A DNA stretch of 63,981 bases, the filler included, from Octopus bimaculoides (taxonomy: Eukaryota), in NCBI RefSeq assembly GCF_001194135.2. It is 6 parts of 6 records of this genome, joined end to end, with 100 filler letters (N's around TTAATTAATTAA, not from the genome) between each part and the next. Parts side by side here need not be neighbours in the genome. Positions count along the whole stretch, not along the records: positions 4,890 to 16,236 come from NC_068987.1; positions 16,337 to 38,779 come from NC_068993.1; 4 more parts are not named here. One strand, written 5' to 3'. The notes beneath the pieces are model-generated. The model saw only the letters and a list, made by a program, of their open reading frames with translations, did no database searches and was not told where the DNA came from. Of this stretch, positions 14,301 through 28,878 are shown piece by piece; positions within the stretch are counted from its first letter, which is position 1; every line of letters begins with the position of its first letter. The position numbers and the translations under genes were made by a program.

Positions 14301-15741
14301 AACTAGTTAACATTTATTATGTATCCAATAGGTTGCGGTGGTTGACGAGTTGTTTCAACGGCAGATGGAGGTGAAAGATGGGATCAGAATTTTCTTAGAG
14401 AAAATAGAGAGGAAGACAGAGAAAGACATAAACAGACAGGCATTCAGACAGACTGACGGAGGGACAGACAGAAAGACAGAGACTATGTGTGCTCGACACG
14501 AAGCTATGGCTAATCATTAATAATATGTTTGCTTCATAACTATCCGGGGTTGTGTTCGGTCCTTTGTCAAGTATTAAGAAAAATGTGGTCAAAAATTGAA
14601 GAAACCCTTCGTAGGATCCTTTCTTTTTCCGGGATCTTCATTTCATTCCATCAGAGACAGGAGGAACCTTCTCCCATAATCATTAGTAGCTGTTCAGAAA
14701 GATCACTCTATATGAGGTATTACTTATTCTCATCCTCCAACAAGACCGATGTACGTCTTCCTCTGATTAATCTACAAGAAGAAAAGAAAACGAGACGGAA
14801 AGATTTTTAGTAAAAATTTTGTCTATAGAAAAGTAATGGGGAAGGAAAGGTGTGCGCAGAGTGAATTATGAGGAGAATGTGACGTTGAGTGTGAACTTTG
14901 GATGTAAGCCAAATTGGGTAAATAATTTGCTAAAACCTCATAAAAGCACACACAATCACAAACAAACCCATCAAACAGATACACGCCCATACACCCACAT
15001 ACATCTGTATATATGTATGCATATATGTGAGTACATATACTTATATATATATATGTATGTATATATATATACTTCTCAATCTCTACATATACACAAACAC
15101 ACATACATACATACATACATACATACATACATTAGAGGAGACTGAAAGAGAGAAAGAGAGAGAGAGAGAGAGAATGGCAAAAAGAAGTAAACTTCTGTGG
15201 GAGGGCCGTTGATAGCGAAAAAGGATGAGAATAATTACATAAACATAAATAGTAATTTTTTTGTGAAATTCATTCATAATTTATTGAAATAATTACTCCT
15301 CTTTGAGCTACACATCAAATGCCACCGTGCAATTAAGCTTTTTTGTAAGAAAACAAAAATGAGAAGATTTATTTCATTTGATTTAAAAATTTCTTTTCAG
15401 GTGCAATTCATTAAGAATTTCGAAATATGTAAATTTATCCGACCAGGTACTTTGAATCATTGCTCTCACGTGACAGTTCATGGAAGGTAATTGCTTTTCT
15501 TTATGAATTATTTTTGTACACGCAGAAAAGCCCCAAACCCTACATTTACTTGTCCTACAGGTTTCAGAAATCTCTCTTTCGCTAATGAATTGTAATGTGA
15601 GCGAAATAAGCTCAGAACTTGAACTATGTTCAAGAAATTTAGTTGTTATGCAAATCTTTCATACATTAAATAGCAGGTTAACTTGGAACATTGAAATATG
15701 TAACGAAATGTTAGTAATAAATGTTTATATATTATCGCAAA

Positions 15742-15779
<38 letters not shown>

Positions 15780-16197
15780 TATTAAAGCAGAAGCAAAAAA
15801 TTACAGGCTTATCTCTCTGACTTCACTGGTCAGTAAAGTCAAGGAACGCATTGTCAGAACGTAGCTGATCACGTTCCTGGAAGATTATAACTTGCCCACA
15901 AATACACAATATGGCTTCCGTAATGGGGAGCTGCCTTACACAGCTACTACATTACGAATAGGTACTGAAATAGTACAAACATTCAAATGTGGATGCGATA
16001 TATATATATAGTATTAGGGAAAAGAACCAAGGTTTATGAACTCATCGATAAGTTCATAAACATTGGTTCTTTTCCCTAATACTATATATTTATATATATT
16101 TTATACTGTGAAGCCTAATTTAATTATAATTTTTAATAAATTGATTTCAATTGAGTTTTTACCTGTAATTTTGGGTTTTATCCCTAATATTATTATT

Positions 16198-16236
<39 letters not shown>

Positions 16237-16722
16237 NNNNNNNNNNNNNNNNNNNNNNNNNNNNNNNNNNNNNNNNNNNNTTAATTAATTAANNNNNNNN
16301 NNNNNNNNNNNNNNNNNNNNNNNNNNNNNNNNNNNNTTTTTTTTCTGCTTTGTTTTCGACCCCCTCGAAAAGAAAAACTCTACATTTGTATTTTGTCCCC
16401 TCTGTGTTGAGCCCAGTGTGGCTAATAAAGAAACCTATCTATCTATCTATCTAGGCAAAGAGGTATATAGAAATTACAGGTTCATAGACAGGCAATTAGT
16501 CATAGACAAAAACATACAACCAGACATAGTTATATAGTATACACATATAGACATATATAGTGATTAATTTAAATGATGAATAGAGATTACTGAGCAGAAG
16601 TAATCTTCAAAACCAGTACCATGAATATCTACCAACACACTTCCATCAGAGAGAGAGAGAGAGAGAGAGAGATCAAGGAGCAGGCAAGAGGATGACACAG
16701 GTGCAATAAAAAGATGACTTAC

Positions 16723-16868
16723 CTGGCATTTATTTCTAATGTTGGTTGCAGGAGTCGGTAGCGTTCTTCTGGTGATTTGTCTGCAAGTGTGGTGCGAAGG
16801 AAATGTCGGGCTGAACCCATTTCCACTACAGTTACAATACATGGATGTGATACCAATCTTTTAGTCAC
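16723..16868 (-). CDS. TRAP1: TRAP1 exon: [48 protein letters not shown] (phase 0-2)
   Basis: ttcttcgtcag acceptor, gtaagt donor, 146 nt; RLxSHP and LQPTLEIN motifs. Not in the ORF track. Confidence 0.96.
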
Positions 16869-19800
16869 CTGACGAAGAATAGAGCAGAAAGACATTAAGA
16901 AGGGCTATCCTATACACACACACACACTACATAGGTGTGCGTGTGTACGAGTTGAAAAATAATAATTAGGCACTTTAGTTCTCTTGGTTATATTTATATA
17001 ATCAACTCAGCTTTTCAGCCAGTTCAATCTTCACAACCAAGGGCTGTACAAACATAACAAAGACACATCAAGTTACACACTCCTTGTAAAACAATACAAA
17101 TATAAACTGTTCAATTTAAATTTACCAGAAAAATCCAGTGGGCCGTGTTTTAAATTCTAAGTAAAAGGGACGAGAAGAGACCAGGGGAAATAACTTTTCC
17201 CAGTGTTGCAGTCAATAGAGAAAATGTTTTTATTTTGTCAGCACATTTCTGATGAAACACAATTGTTTTATTTTAATTAAATCTGAAAATAATTAAAGGT
17301 TTAGTGAAATAATTTTGTTATTGGTTAAGCTGATGTTTAGAACATAAATGAACAGGAAATTTACATGGGAATGCTTAAATTTACATCTCTGTAAGCCAAA
17401 AGTTTGTAACATAGCACCAAGTGTGGTCTCAGGTAGTCAGGTATTGAAAAGGGTTAAGATTTAAAGAATTCCAAAGTTTCAAAACTTTCTCATCCAGGCC
17501 ATCCTCGTCACCTTGTTCATATAAGGGTTTCACCATAACCCTTAAGTATTCAGATTACTTCGTCAAATACAATGCTTAATTAATCATGCATTGAGATTTT
17601 GATAATGTGACTGTTTATTTTTAGGATGGCATTGCAGGATAGGTGTGATAGGTGAAATAGTGCTAACAATTCAGCCAGCTCGTTGCCTTAACACTTGCTG
17701 CCATCATCAATACTTGTACTTTATTCTGAGGGAAGAATAAAAGGTAAAGTCGGCAGCATTTGAACTAAGAATGCAAAAAACCAGAAGAAATACAACAAGG
17801 TATTTTCTTTCCTCTGGTGTTCTACCAATTCTGCCAATGTGGCTCAGTAGTTCGAGCGTCTGGCTCACAACCGTGAGGTAGTGAGTTTAATTCCCAGACC
17901 TGGCTCTGCGTGTTGTGTGCTTGGGTAAGACACTTTATTTCACATTGCTCCAATTCGCTCACCTGTAGAAATGCGTTGCGACATCACTGGTGCCAAGCTG
18001 TATCGGCCCCTTTGCCTTTCCCTTGAATAACATCTGTGGCATGGAGAGAGGAGACTGGTTTGCATGGGCAACTGGTGGACTTCCACAAACAACCTTGCCT
18101 GGACTTGTGCCTTGGAGGGGAACTTTCTAGGTGCAATCCCATGGCCTACCATGACCGAAAAGCATCTTCACAACATAGAAACATGTGTTAGACTCACCTT
18201 GACATTGTTCACTTTATTCGTTAAGGTTGCTTTGATCCAGGTAACCAAATCTGTTGCTTCCTCTTGTCGCAGACTGCTGCTATCTGTGATCAACGACAAC
18301 AAAAAAACAAGTAAAAAAAATAACTTTTTTTTTTCTTTTATCACTACTAAAGTATAATCGTTTTACTGCCATCACCATAAGCAGCATCATAATGATCAAC
18401 ATCAACATGGAGTTTATGCTGAAGGCATAGTGGGGCTGAAGACCTGAAAGGTGCTCTCTGCAGGAGTTAGTTTGAATGCCACCTGAAGAGTGGCTTCAAG
18501 GCTAGTACACACCCACACACACAAACACAGTAATAGGTCTGAAGAAAGTCAAATGTGATAGAGATAATAATGAGAATAAGATGGAGAGAGGGGAGAGGGG
18601 GAGAGAGAGAGTAATTTTTATAAATGCAATGTATGAAACACCTTGTCCTTAACTTACATAAATTTACAAATCAATTAAATAAGAGGTGTCTAATGACTTC
18701 TTTCTCTCAACATCACACACATGTTGGCACTCCGTCAGTTACGACAACAAGGGTTCCAGTTAATCTGATCAACGGGACAAGGCTGGCCCTTTGAAATACA
18801 GGTACAACAGAAACAGGAAGATAAAGTGAGAGAAAGTTGTGGTTAAAGAGTACAGCAGGGTTCGCCACCACCCCCTGCCGGAGCCTCGTGGAGCTTTAGG
18901 TGTTTTCGCTCAATAAACACTCACAACGCCTGGTCTGGGAATTGAAACCGTGATCCTACGACTGCGAGTTTGCTGCCCTTACCACTGGGTCATTGCGCCT
19001 CCACACACACACACACACACACATACACTGTTATTTAAACCCAGGTCTGGTGAATAACCTGTTTTGTTTTGTTTGTAAAATTTAGGGTCCACTCAAATCA
19101 TATCATCAAATTCTTCAGTCAACCATATTCCGAATGCTTCCAGAAATTAAGCCTACCGCTTTCGTCTACAGCGTCCGTGTCTTCCTTGTCATCCTGGATC
19201 TCGTTTTCAACAGACTTCAGGTTCTTGCGGTCAAACTGGCCGAGGTTCATGAGGACCAGTTCATCGTAGGGTTCGTAGAGGAAGAGAACTTCTGTGTCTT
19301 TCTTTTGAAGAGCTTCAAAGTAAGGGGAGGTCATGGCCAATTCTCGGCTAGAAGACAAACACAAGACATTGACGTAAATAAAAATGCAAGTACATCAGTA
19401 GGTGTTTAATTAAACAATTTCTCTTAATTAATCTTCTGATCAAATTTATCTTTCTAGACCTGCAGAATAACAAAAATATTCCTTACTTGAAAACACAGTG
19501 TCAGTGACAGGAAGAGCATCCAGGTGTAAAAAGATAAACTTCCCCTCTCCAACCCATGCCAGCTAGGAAAAACAGCCGGGAAATGAATATTATCATCGTT
19601 TAACATCTGTTTCCCAACCTGGACAATTTGACAGTTGCTGGTAAGGCCAGAAGCCACACCAGGTACCACAGCCTGTTTTGGCATGGTTTCTACAGCTGGA
19701 TGTCTTTCTTTTGCCAACCACCTTACAAAGTGTACTGGGTGCTTTTTACATGGCACCGGCACCATTGCTTTTTAGGGGGCACCAGTACCATTGCTAAACA

Positions 19801-22800
19801 ATATCCTCTTAAATAGAACATATACAAAGACTTACCTGGGGGCTGACAAGTAATATATATTCCGGGAACCAGCTTTCATTCGACTTGCGTATTCATCCAG
19901 ACTGACTTTATCTCCGGCAGCGCATTTCGAAGACTCAAAACGCAACAGCTTTGCAATTTCTTCCTATAGAAAGAGTCCATGAAGAAAACATGATCAGGAA
20001 CATAGCGAAGATTATAATTAAGTCGGCGAGCTGGCAGAAACATTACCCCGCCGGGCGAAATGCTTAGCAGTATTTCATCTGCCGTGACGTTCTGAGTTCA
20101 AATTCCGCCAAGGTCGACTTTGCCTTTCATCCTTTCGGGGTCAATAAATTAAGTACCAGTTGCATACTGGGTCGATGTAATCGACTTAATTCCTTTGTCC
20201 GTCTTTGTTTGTCCCCTTGTGGGCAATAAAGAAATAAGGAACATAATGAAGATTGATACATACATACATGGGTGTGTGTGTGTGTGTGTGTGTGTCTTTG
20301 TCTTCACATAATCTGATGAATGTAAAGCAACATCAAATATTTTCTTCTTCATTTTCAATCTTCTTTGAAAAACACGTTTGGCCATGGGGAAAATACTACT
20401 GTGCTTAGAAACAGGAAAGGCATTTGGCCATAGAAGATTTGCCTCACTGAATTCCAACTCACCCATGCTAACATGGAAAAGTGAATGGTAAATAATATGG
20501 ATGTGTGTATATGTGTGTGTGTGTGTGTAGTGGATCTTTGGTTTACAAATTTAATTTATTCGTGAAGGCTCTTTCTTGTTACTTGAAATATTTGTAAACT
20601 GAAACTACTCCCCCTCCATGAGAAATTCAAGATAAGGCACGGCAAATTCGAGCAGGGACATGCGCTGAGTGAAAGCCAATGCAGCAACTGATACAATTAA
20701 TGTTCCTAATTACTAGCTGAATGATAACTAAGTTATTTTACTAAATTCTTTGTTATATTTAAAGTAATTGAAAGAAACCTGACAGAGCATCTCAAAATAA
20801 ATACAGTAACGAAAGGGTTAAGCATGCAGAAATATTTGTAGAATTTATTTCTAAAAAATGAATCCCCCTCCCAATCTACATCAAAATAAACTACAGACTC
20901 CAAAACCTTAAAAATACCAAAGCTAATATCTGTCTTACTCTTTGTTCTTGTTCGGTCGTTGTGACAATTCCTTCACGGAAGAACAGTCCGTAGTCTTCGT
21001 AGAAACGCATGTAAGTTTCAACATCTTTCTTGGATTTCTCAATGAAGAATTTCAGAATTCGGTTGGTGAGGACAGTACGCAGCTTCCTGGAAAGAAGGTT
21101 GAATTGGAACAAATTAGCAACAGAATTAGACACAGGAACGACTGTAGGTGCAAGCATGGCTTTGTGGATGAGAAGTTTGCTTCCTAACCATATGGTTCTA
21201 GGTTCAGTCCCAATGTGTGGCACCTAGGACAAGTGTCTTTTACTACGACTTTGGGTTCACGAAAGCCTTGTGAGTGAATTTGGAAGGTGGGAAATGAAAA
21301 ATAGCCAGTTGTGTAAATGTGTTTTTGTATGTGTGTGTATGTGTGAGTGTATGTTTGTGTCTCCTTGCTTTGACATTGTGTGATAGTCGTAAACGAGTGC
21401 CACTGTTATACAAGTGGTGTCCTTCATTTCAAACCTTCTGTGAAAACATGTTCAGCCATGCAGAAACACTGGCTTGGAAACAGGTGTGGGTTACAACAAT
21501 AGAAAATCTGCTTTAATATACGTGAAAGCCAAGGGGTTAGGATGCTGCATTCACGATCACCAGATCATTGGTTCAATTCCTGAACAGGGCAGCATGTTGT
21601 GCCCTTGAGCAAAACACTTAATTTCATGTTGCTCTTGTGCTGTGTGGGGACAAGCATGTCAAAGAATAGACCCAACATTTCCTCCATGTTTTATAAAAGA
21701 GGTTGTGCTAGGATTTGCACTCCAAAATCGTAAAACCCTCACCAAGGGTTAGAGGGTTGTCACCTGAATGGTGCAGAAGTGACCATCCACCAGGAGTAAA
21801 GAATCACCAACAAATGGTGGATGCAGCACATGCCAGACAATATAAATGTGTTGGGCAAGGAAGTAGGTGTATTTCATGTAACCCTTTAATCAGAAGTAAA
21901 CTGAATCAGCAGATAATGGTCCCTAAATAAGTATCTATTGGTTGCCAGGTAACCACTTTACTGGTTGCACTATAGAGCTTCTGGCCTTTCTGTTTATCTT
22001 AATGAGATAAATATCGTTTGACTCATATCAGTGGATCTGTTTAGTCATCATTATCATTTAACATACATGTTCCATGCAGGAAGTGTATTTCATATCGTCG
22101 TCGTCGTCGTTTAACATCCGCTTTCCATGCTGGCATGGGTTGGATGGTTTGACTGAGGTCAGGCAAGCCAGGAGGCTGCACCAGGCTCCAATCTGATCTG
22201 GCAAAGTTTCTACAGCTGGGTGCCCTTCCTGATGCCAGCCACTCCGAGAGCTATCAATTTATCAAAACAATAACACAGAAAAGAAAACGACAAAAAACAG
22301 AAAAGAAAAGAAAGGGGGAGTCTTACCTGATCAGGGCACTGTCCTGGAGAAGTTCTCGACTTAAGTTCAGAGGAATGTCCTCACTGTCGACCACACCTGT
22401 GAAGTAACGAGTTGGTAGAGAACTTGTGAATATAAAATAGATTAATGTATTTGAAGGAGAAAAAAGAAGTGAAGAAGGGGTCAAAGGAGCAACAAACACA
22501 CACACACACAAAGTAATACACCATGGGGGGTGACATAAATTTCGACTGACCTTTCACGAAGCGGAGCCACTTGGGCAGGATGTAGTTGGCCTTTGGCATG
22601 ACCATCACTTTACGGCTGTAGAGTGTCAGACTGACATCGGTCTCTCGGCTCATGTCAAATAATGCTGCAAGGACGATGACCAGTGGTCAAAGGTGGAGGA
22701 AAAATATGGAAGAAAAAACGAAAACTGTTAGATTACCATGGAAACAAGTAAGGACAGAGAGAGGGGGAGGGAGAGAAAGAGAGGAGAGAGAAAAAGAGAG

Positions 22801-23086
22801 ACAAGGGAGAAGGATGGAGAGAGAAAGAGAGAGAAAAGGAGGGGAGAAAGAGAGAGATATAGAGGGAGAGAGAGAAAGAGAGGAGAGAGGGAGAAAGATA
22901 GAGAGGAAGGGAGAGAAAGAGAGAGGAAAGGAGGGGAGAGAGAGAAGCAGAAAGAGAGAGAGAAGGAGGAGGAGGAAGATAGAGAGGAAGAGAGAGGGAG
23001 AGAGAAAAAGAGAAACAGGAGAGATAGAAAAAGAGAGAGGAAGTGAGACGGAAGAGGAGAAAGAAAGATACAGAGGGGGAGAGAAG

Positions 23087-23120
<34 letters not shown>

Positions 23121-26100
23121 GGAAGTGTTATGTAACCGGCCAGTACATACTTGGTTTGTATTCTGGAACATAGAAGAGGGCACGGATATTGACGGGAGCA
23201 TCAGTCTTGTAGAGGAAGTTGAAGCGTGGTTTATCGAAGGTGCCACTGATGAATCGGTAGAACTCTTCATGCATGTCTGCTGTGATGTCTTTATTGTCCA
23301 TCAACCAGAGAGCCTGAAAGGGACAGAGAAGACAACAGACGGGAGATGAAAGCATTACGGTGGCTAAAATTAAGCTTGGTGGTGTGTGTAATCATGGTTA
23401 GATATGGTAAACAGGTAAGAATTGTTGTTGTTATTGTTGTTGTGGCTGATTAGCTCCAGAATCAGTCCTGAGACCATTCTGTCTTCTTTCATTTACAAGA
23501 CTAAATTATCTCCAATGTGTTCTTCATTTCTTAACACAGTAACATGTGGTTTGAGGAACATTTGGCTGCTATATCTAGCGAGCAGAATGACCATCCAGGG
23601 ACTCCCTTGTTAGCTGTTATGCTGTACGACAGAGAATATACACATATCTACATATGCACACACACACACACACACACATACATATAAACACATGCAAGCA
23701 AACACACATGCATGTGTGTGCATGTGTGTACATGTTCATATATATAAATGTCCATACATACATACACAAATGAAAATATCCTTCAGTAAAAGCAAGGAAA
23801 CACAAACGCACACACTCACACATACACATACGACAGGCTTCTTTTAGTTTCCGGCAACCAAATCTATTCACAAGGCCTTCGTTAGCTCAGGGCTACAGCA
23901 GAAGACACAACTGCCCCAAATGCTGTGCAATAAAACTGAACCTAGAACCATGTGGTTGGGAAGCAAACTTCTAACTTATACAGCCAAGCCTGTACCTATC
24001 AGATATAATTTCTATGAGATTGTATTATTTATAGAAAAATTAGTTCCATATTTCTATCTTTTATGTTCTTTATGCATAGATAACATTGCAAATATTTGAG
24101 GGGGTGGGGCAAGAAAAGAATACAAAATGGTAAGTTACCTGGATCATGTTGGCTCTTTTACCATTCAGATATATTGGGACTCCCACAAAATTGCTGTATT
24201 TTTTAACAATAGCTGAGGAAAGAAAGAAACAAAACATAAATTAAAACAGCTGAAATTTAGATGAAAATATTGGTAGGTGAAAATAAACTAAAATTGTTTC
24301 CGAGAAAAGCTTTTCGAAACAGACAGCCTCCTCTGCTCTAAGGGAGGTAACTGCGCGAATTGCCAAGCAGGTAGCTTCTAAGAAGAGTTACGTCCCTTGA
24401 AAACAGACCCCCCCCCTCCCCATTTCTGCCGTTCTTTTGGTGTTTCGGAAATATGAATGAATGAATAAATAACGAACAGATAAATTTAAGCCGAATCATG
24501 AGTGATGAGTGATAAGTCAATGTCCAGTCTTAAATCAAAGCGGTACCTAAATTCTTTAGAGCCAGCGAAATAGAGACGGCCGGCTTCTTTCTTTCTCTTT
24601 CGCAATTTCATCTTTCCTTCTTATAATTTACAGCTGGATGGCGATTCAAATATAAACCCCGCTCCATCGTCAGCGAAAAATAAATCGGAGATAGGATACA
24701 TTATTTTTCATCAGTTATTTCTTTGTTATTGGACTGCGGCCGTGCTGGGGCACCTCCTTGACGGGTTCAGTCAAAGAAATCCGTCCCGTTACTTATTTTT
24801 GGCTTATTTCCTCTACAATTGTCGTAACTTAACTCCACCAACATCTTTTGCTGGATCGTTACGTTACAGAGGTATAAACAACCCAAAAGCAGTCATCAAG
24901 CAATTGATAAACACAAACACACACCGATATATACACGTATATCATTTAATATACACAGTATATTTAAAGAAGGGTTACTAATACCTTCACACCATGGAAA
25001 CGCGATAATTCGGAAGATTTAAATATTTATCTTTCACTGGATGGAGTACATTTTTTTTTTGTTTTTTTTTTTGTTAATATGACCTACAACAGAATAGCAA
25101 ATTATACGCGTGCGTATGCGTATATATATACATGTAAACAGCCAGGTGCAATGTGATACCATAAAGGAAAAATTTAAACATCAATAAGTGTATATATATA
25201 TATGTGAGTGTGTGTGCGTGTGTGTTCCTTTATTCTTTTACATGTTTTAGGCATGTGATTGTGACCATGCTGGAGCATCGCGTTAAAGGGTTTTAGTTGA
25301 AGAAATCGACCTCAGGACTTATTCTTTGAAAGCCCAGCACTTATTGCCAAACTGCTAAGTTACGGAGACATAAACACACCACCATCGGTTGCCAAGCCAT
25401 AGTGGGGGGAGGGGACAACACACGCACAAATGCGACAGGCTACTTTCAGTTTCCGTCTACCAGATCCACCTACAAGGCTTTGGTCGGCCCAAGGCCATAG
25501 AAGGACACTTGGCCAATGTGCCATGCAATGGGACTGAACCCAGAACCAAGTGGTTGGGAAGCAAGCTTCTTACCGCACAGCCACTCCTGCACCTATATAC
25601 ATATGTCGAGCACAGACAGGATGCAGGATGCACTTTTGCCAAAGGACAAGAAGCTGAATGGATGCAATAAAAAGAAAGACATCCCTATCTACATAGTTTA
25701 ATGACCAATTCTTCAATTTGGCACTTAAGATTTAACGAGCTTAAACTGTAATTTTCATGTCTTTTCAGCATCTTGCCTGTTTGGCTTCTTGGCTTCGGCA
25801 AAAGAGCATTTGGCATCTCATCCGTGTACCATATACGTATATATGTGAGTGTGTGTGTTATCCTGACAAGGCAATGATCGTTGTCGTAGATGAGTGTCAC
25901 CGTCATACAAGCAGCGTCGTTTGCTTCCAAACATTCTGTAGGAACATGTCTGGCCATGGGGGAAATACCAGTTTGCTTAGAAACAAGCAAGGGTTTGTGA
26001 CGGAAAGGGGCCAGCAGCCATAGAAAATTGTACCTCAGTAAACTCAGTCTGACCCCATGCAAGCATGGGAAAGTGGACGTTAAAGTGATGATGATGACGA

Positions 26101-28436
26101 AAATGATGATGGTGATGATGACGGTGATGATGACAAAAATGACAACGATAATGATGACAACAATGGTGTTGCTCATGAGGAGAATGTTGATGTCGATGAT
26201 GATGATGATGATTGTGATGATGAGGCCGATGATGATGATGATGATGATGGTGATGTTGATGATGATGATGATGGTGATGACGATTGCGATGGTAAGCGCA
26301 GTTTTGTCACAATTGCACAATGACCTAGGCTGTATTTGACATGAGAGAGAGAGAGAGAGAGAAAGGAAGACAAGAACAAGGAAGAAACAAATTTGGGTCA
26401 GAACAATTAGGGAAAACTCAAATAAAAAAACAAACGTAGAGCAGAAAAAAAATAATAAAGAGAAAAAAAAACAAGAAAAAAACTATACATGAACATACAG
26501 TAGTGATGCAATCACACACGCACACACACACACACTTGCAAACAAAGACACACACATACATGCAGACACACACATACTTGCAATCAAAGACCATATACAT
26601 ATTTGCAGATACACACACACACTCACTAATTTGCACGTTCTCTCTCTCTCTCTCTTTCAGCAGCCAGGATGCCGACGTGTGGATGCGAGACATTAAAAAA
26701 AGAAACAAAAATAACGGTGAGGAAGGAAGACACTCTTTGAGATAGGAAGAAGACAGGATTCACTAGCGCCGGTACCAAAGTGTCGACTAGCCAACCAAAC
26801 CATAGTCATTCCAGACACAATGCCACTTGATGAGACAACAGCCCTTCTCTGCCCCCACACTCTACGACCTACACACGTCGCCATTCCCCCACCCCACACA
26901 CCAAGAAAAAACATAATAATCCTCGGCTCCCCCCCCCCNNNNNNNNNNNNNNNNNNNNNNNNNNNNNNNNNNNNNNNNNNNNNNNNNNNNNNNNNNNNNN
27001 NNNNNNNNNNNNNNNNNNNNNNNNNNNNNNNNNNNNNNNNNNNNNNNNNNCCCCCCCCGTTACCAATGCTGCCCTCTGTTGTTGGCGCCTGGTCTTACCT
27101 TGAATGACTTCCTCGCGTGCAAAGTCGTAGCTGTCTCCTTTCAGATGGACAATGATTTTGGTTCCTCGTTGGACGTTTTCGGCTTCGGTGATGTCATAAG
27201 TTCCGGAGCTGTGCAGTGACGAAGAAGAAGCAGAAAAGATGAACGTGTCGCCATGTACACACGTGCACGAATAGTCACACATAGATATGTAGACACACAC
27301 ACACACAAGTATATACACACATGCACACACAAGCGTATAGAATTAAACATATGCACACACATACACACTTATGTTTTTGTTCAGTGAGTCAACAATTAAT
27401 TTTGATATGAAAGAACATCTATAACCATATGTATGTGCGTGTGGTGTGTAATCTGTGTGTGCATGCGTAGTGTGTGTGTGTATGTGTGTAGTATGTGTGC
27501 ATGTGTATTGTGTATGAGCATGTGTTGTGTGTGTGTGCAGGTGTAGTGTGTATTGTGTGTGAGCATGTGTTGTGTGTGCAGGTGTAGTGTGTATTGTGTG
27601 TGAGCATGTGTTGTGTGTGTGTGCAGGTGTAGTGTGTATTGTGTGTGAGCATGTGTAATGTGTGTGTGTGTGTGCATGTGTAGTGTGTGTGTATGCACAT
27701 ACGTAGTGTGTATGTGCAGGTGTAGTGTGTGCGAGCATATATAGTGTGTGTGCATGTGTAGTGTGTGTGTGTGTGTGTGTCTGTGTGTGCTTGTGTAGTG
27801 TGTGTGTGTGTGTGGTGCGTATATGCATGTGTGTGTGTGTGTAATGTTATTTACCTTACGTGTGTAGTGCTCGTATCTATTAAAGAGGGAGAATGTGTGT
27901 GTGTGATTATTTCAATAAAGGGTTATCATCTCTTTTTTAACAATACATATGCATACATCTATGCTCATATATGTATATATATATATAAATATATACACAA
28001 TAATAACTTTTATTACCTTTATTCTTACCTCAGTTCATCTAATTGTATATATCTATCCTTACTTTTCATAAAAAGCCTTTACTTCTTTTGATTTTCCAAT
28101 GTGCATTTTCGCTTATTTTTCTTCTTACGTTCCCCTTACATTTCCGCGTGTAGTTTCTATTTTGTTTTTGTAACATATTTCTATTATATATATATATATA
28201 TACACACACACACATATATACGTATATATACACACACATATATATTTAGAGAGAGACTGAGAGAGAGAAATAGATCTGTACATAAGAAGGAATCAATTAA
28301 TCCATTTGTTCTATGGAGTGTTGCATAAGATTTGATTGATTCTTCATGCATTGATCTTCGCCTATTTTATATTGACAAGATGCAGGGATGGGGGGGGAGC
28401 ATTTAGTAAGGTAACGCATCTTCTTATCTACCCCTT

Positions 28437-28504
<68 letters not shown>

Positions 28505-28839
28505 TAGAGAGAGAAGGACAGAGCAAATTGGGCGTCAGAGAGAGAGAGAGAGAGAGATCATGCTAATAGGTGTTTTGTGTCAGATATCGGTACATAAAGC
28601 GTGGTCAGTGAATGGATTCACAGAACAGATTTCCCAGCAATATTTGGACATTATTCATGCTGTGCTAAACAATGGCACTGTTGTCTGATGTCTTGCTCAT
28701 TACACAAGCGGAATCAATCTTCAAGAAAGACACAGAGACCATCCATCATTCCATGAGAATAGGGCGACACCGAAATTAATAATTATTAACCAAATCCCGC
28801 TTCTACTTGCATCACAACTGCATCTACCAGCATCACACT

Positions 28840-28878
<39 letters not shown>

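Noticed and set aside
25685-26339. Long poly-Ile/Met/Ser/His ORFs and the many YIYI/CVCV/HTHT/ERER ORFs in the track
   Set aside because: They are translations of (GAT)n, (AT)n, (GT)n and (GA)n microsatellites or run through N gaps.
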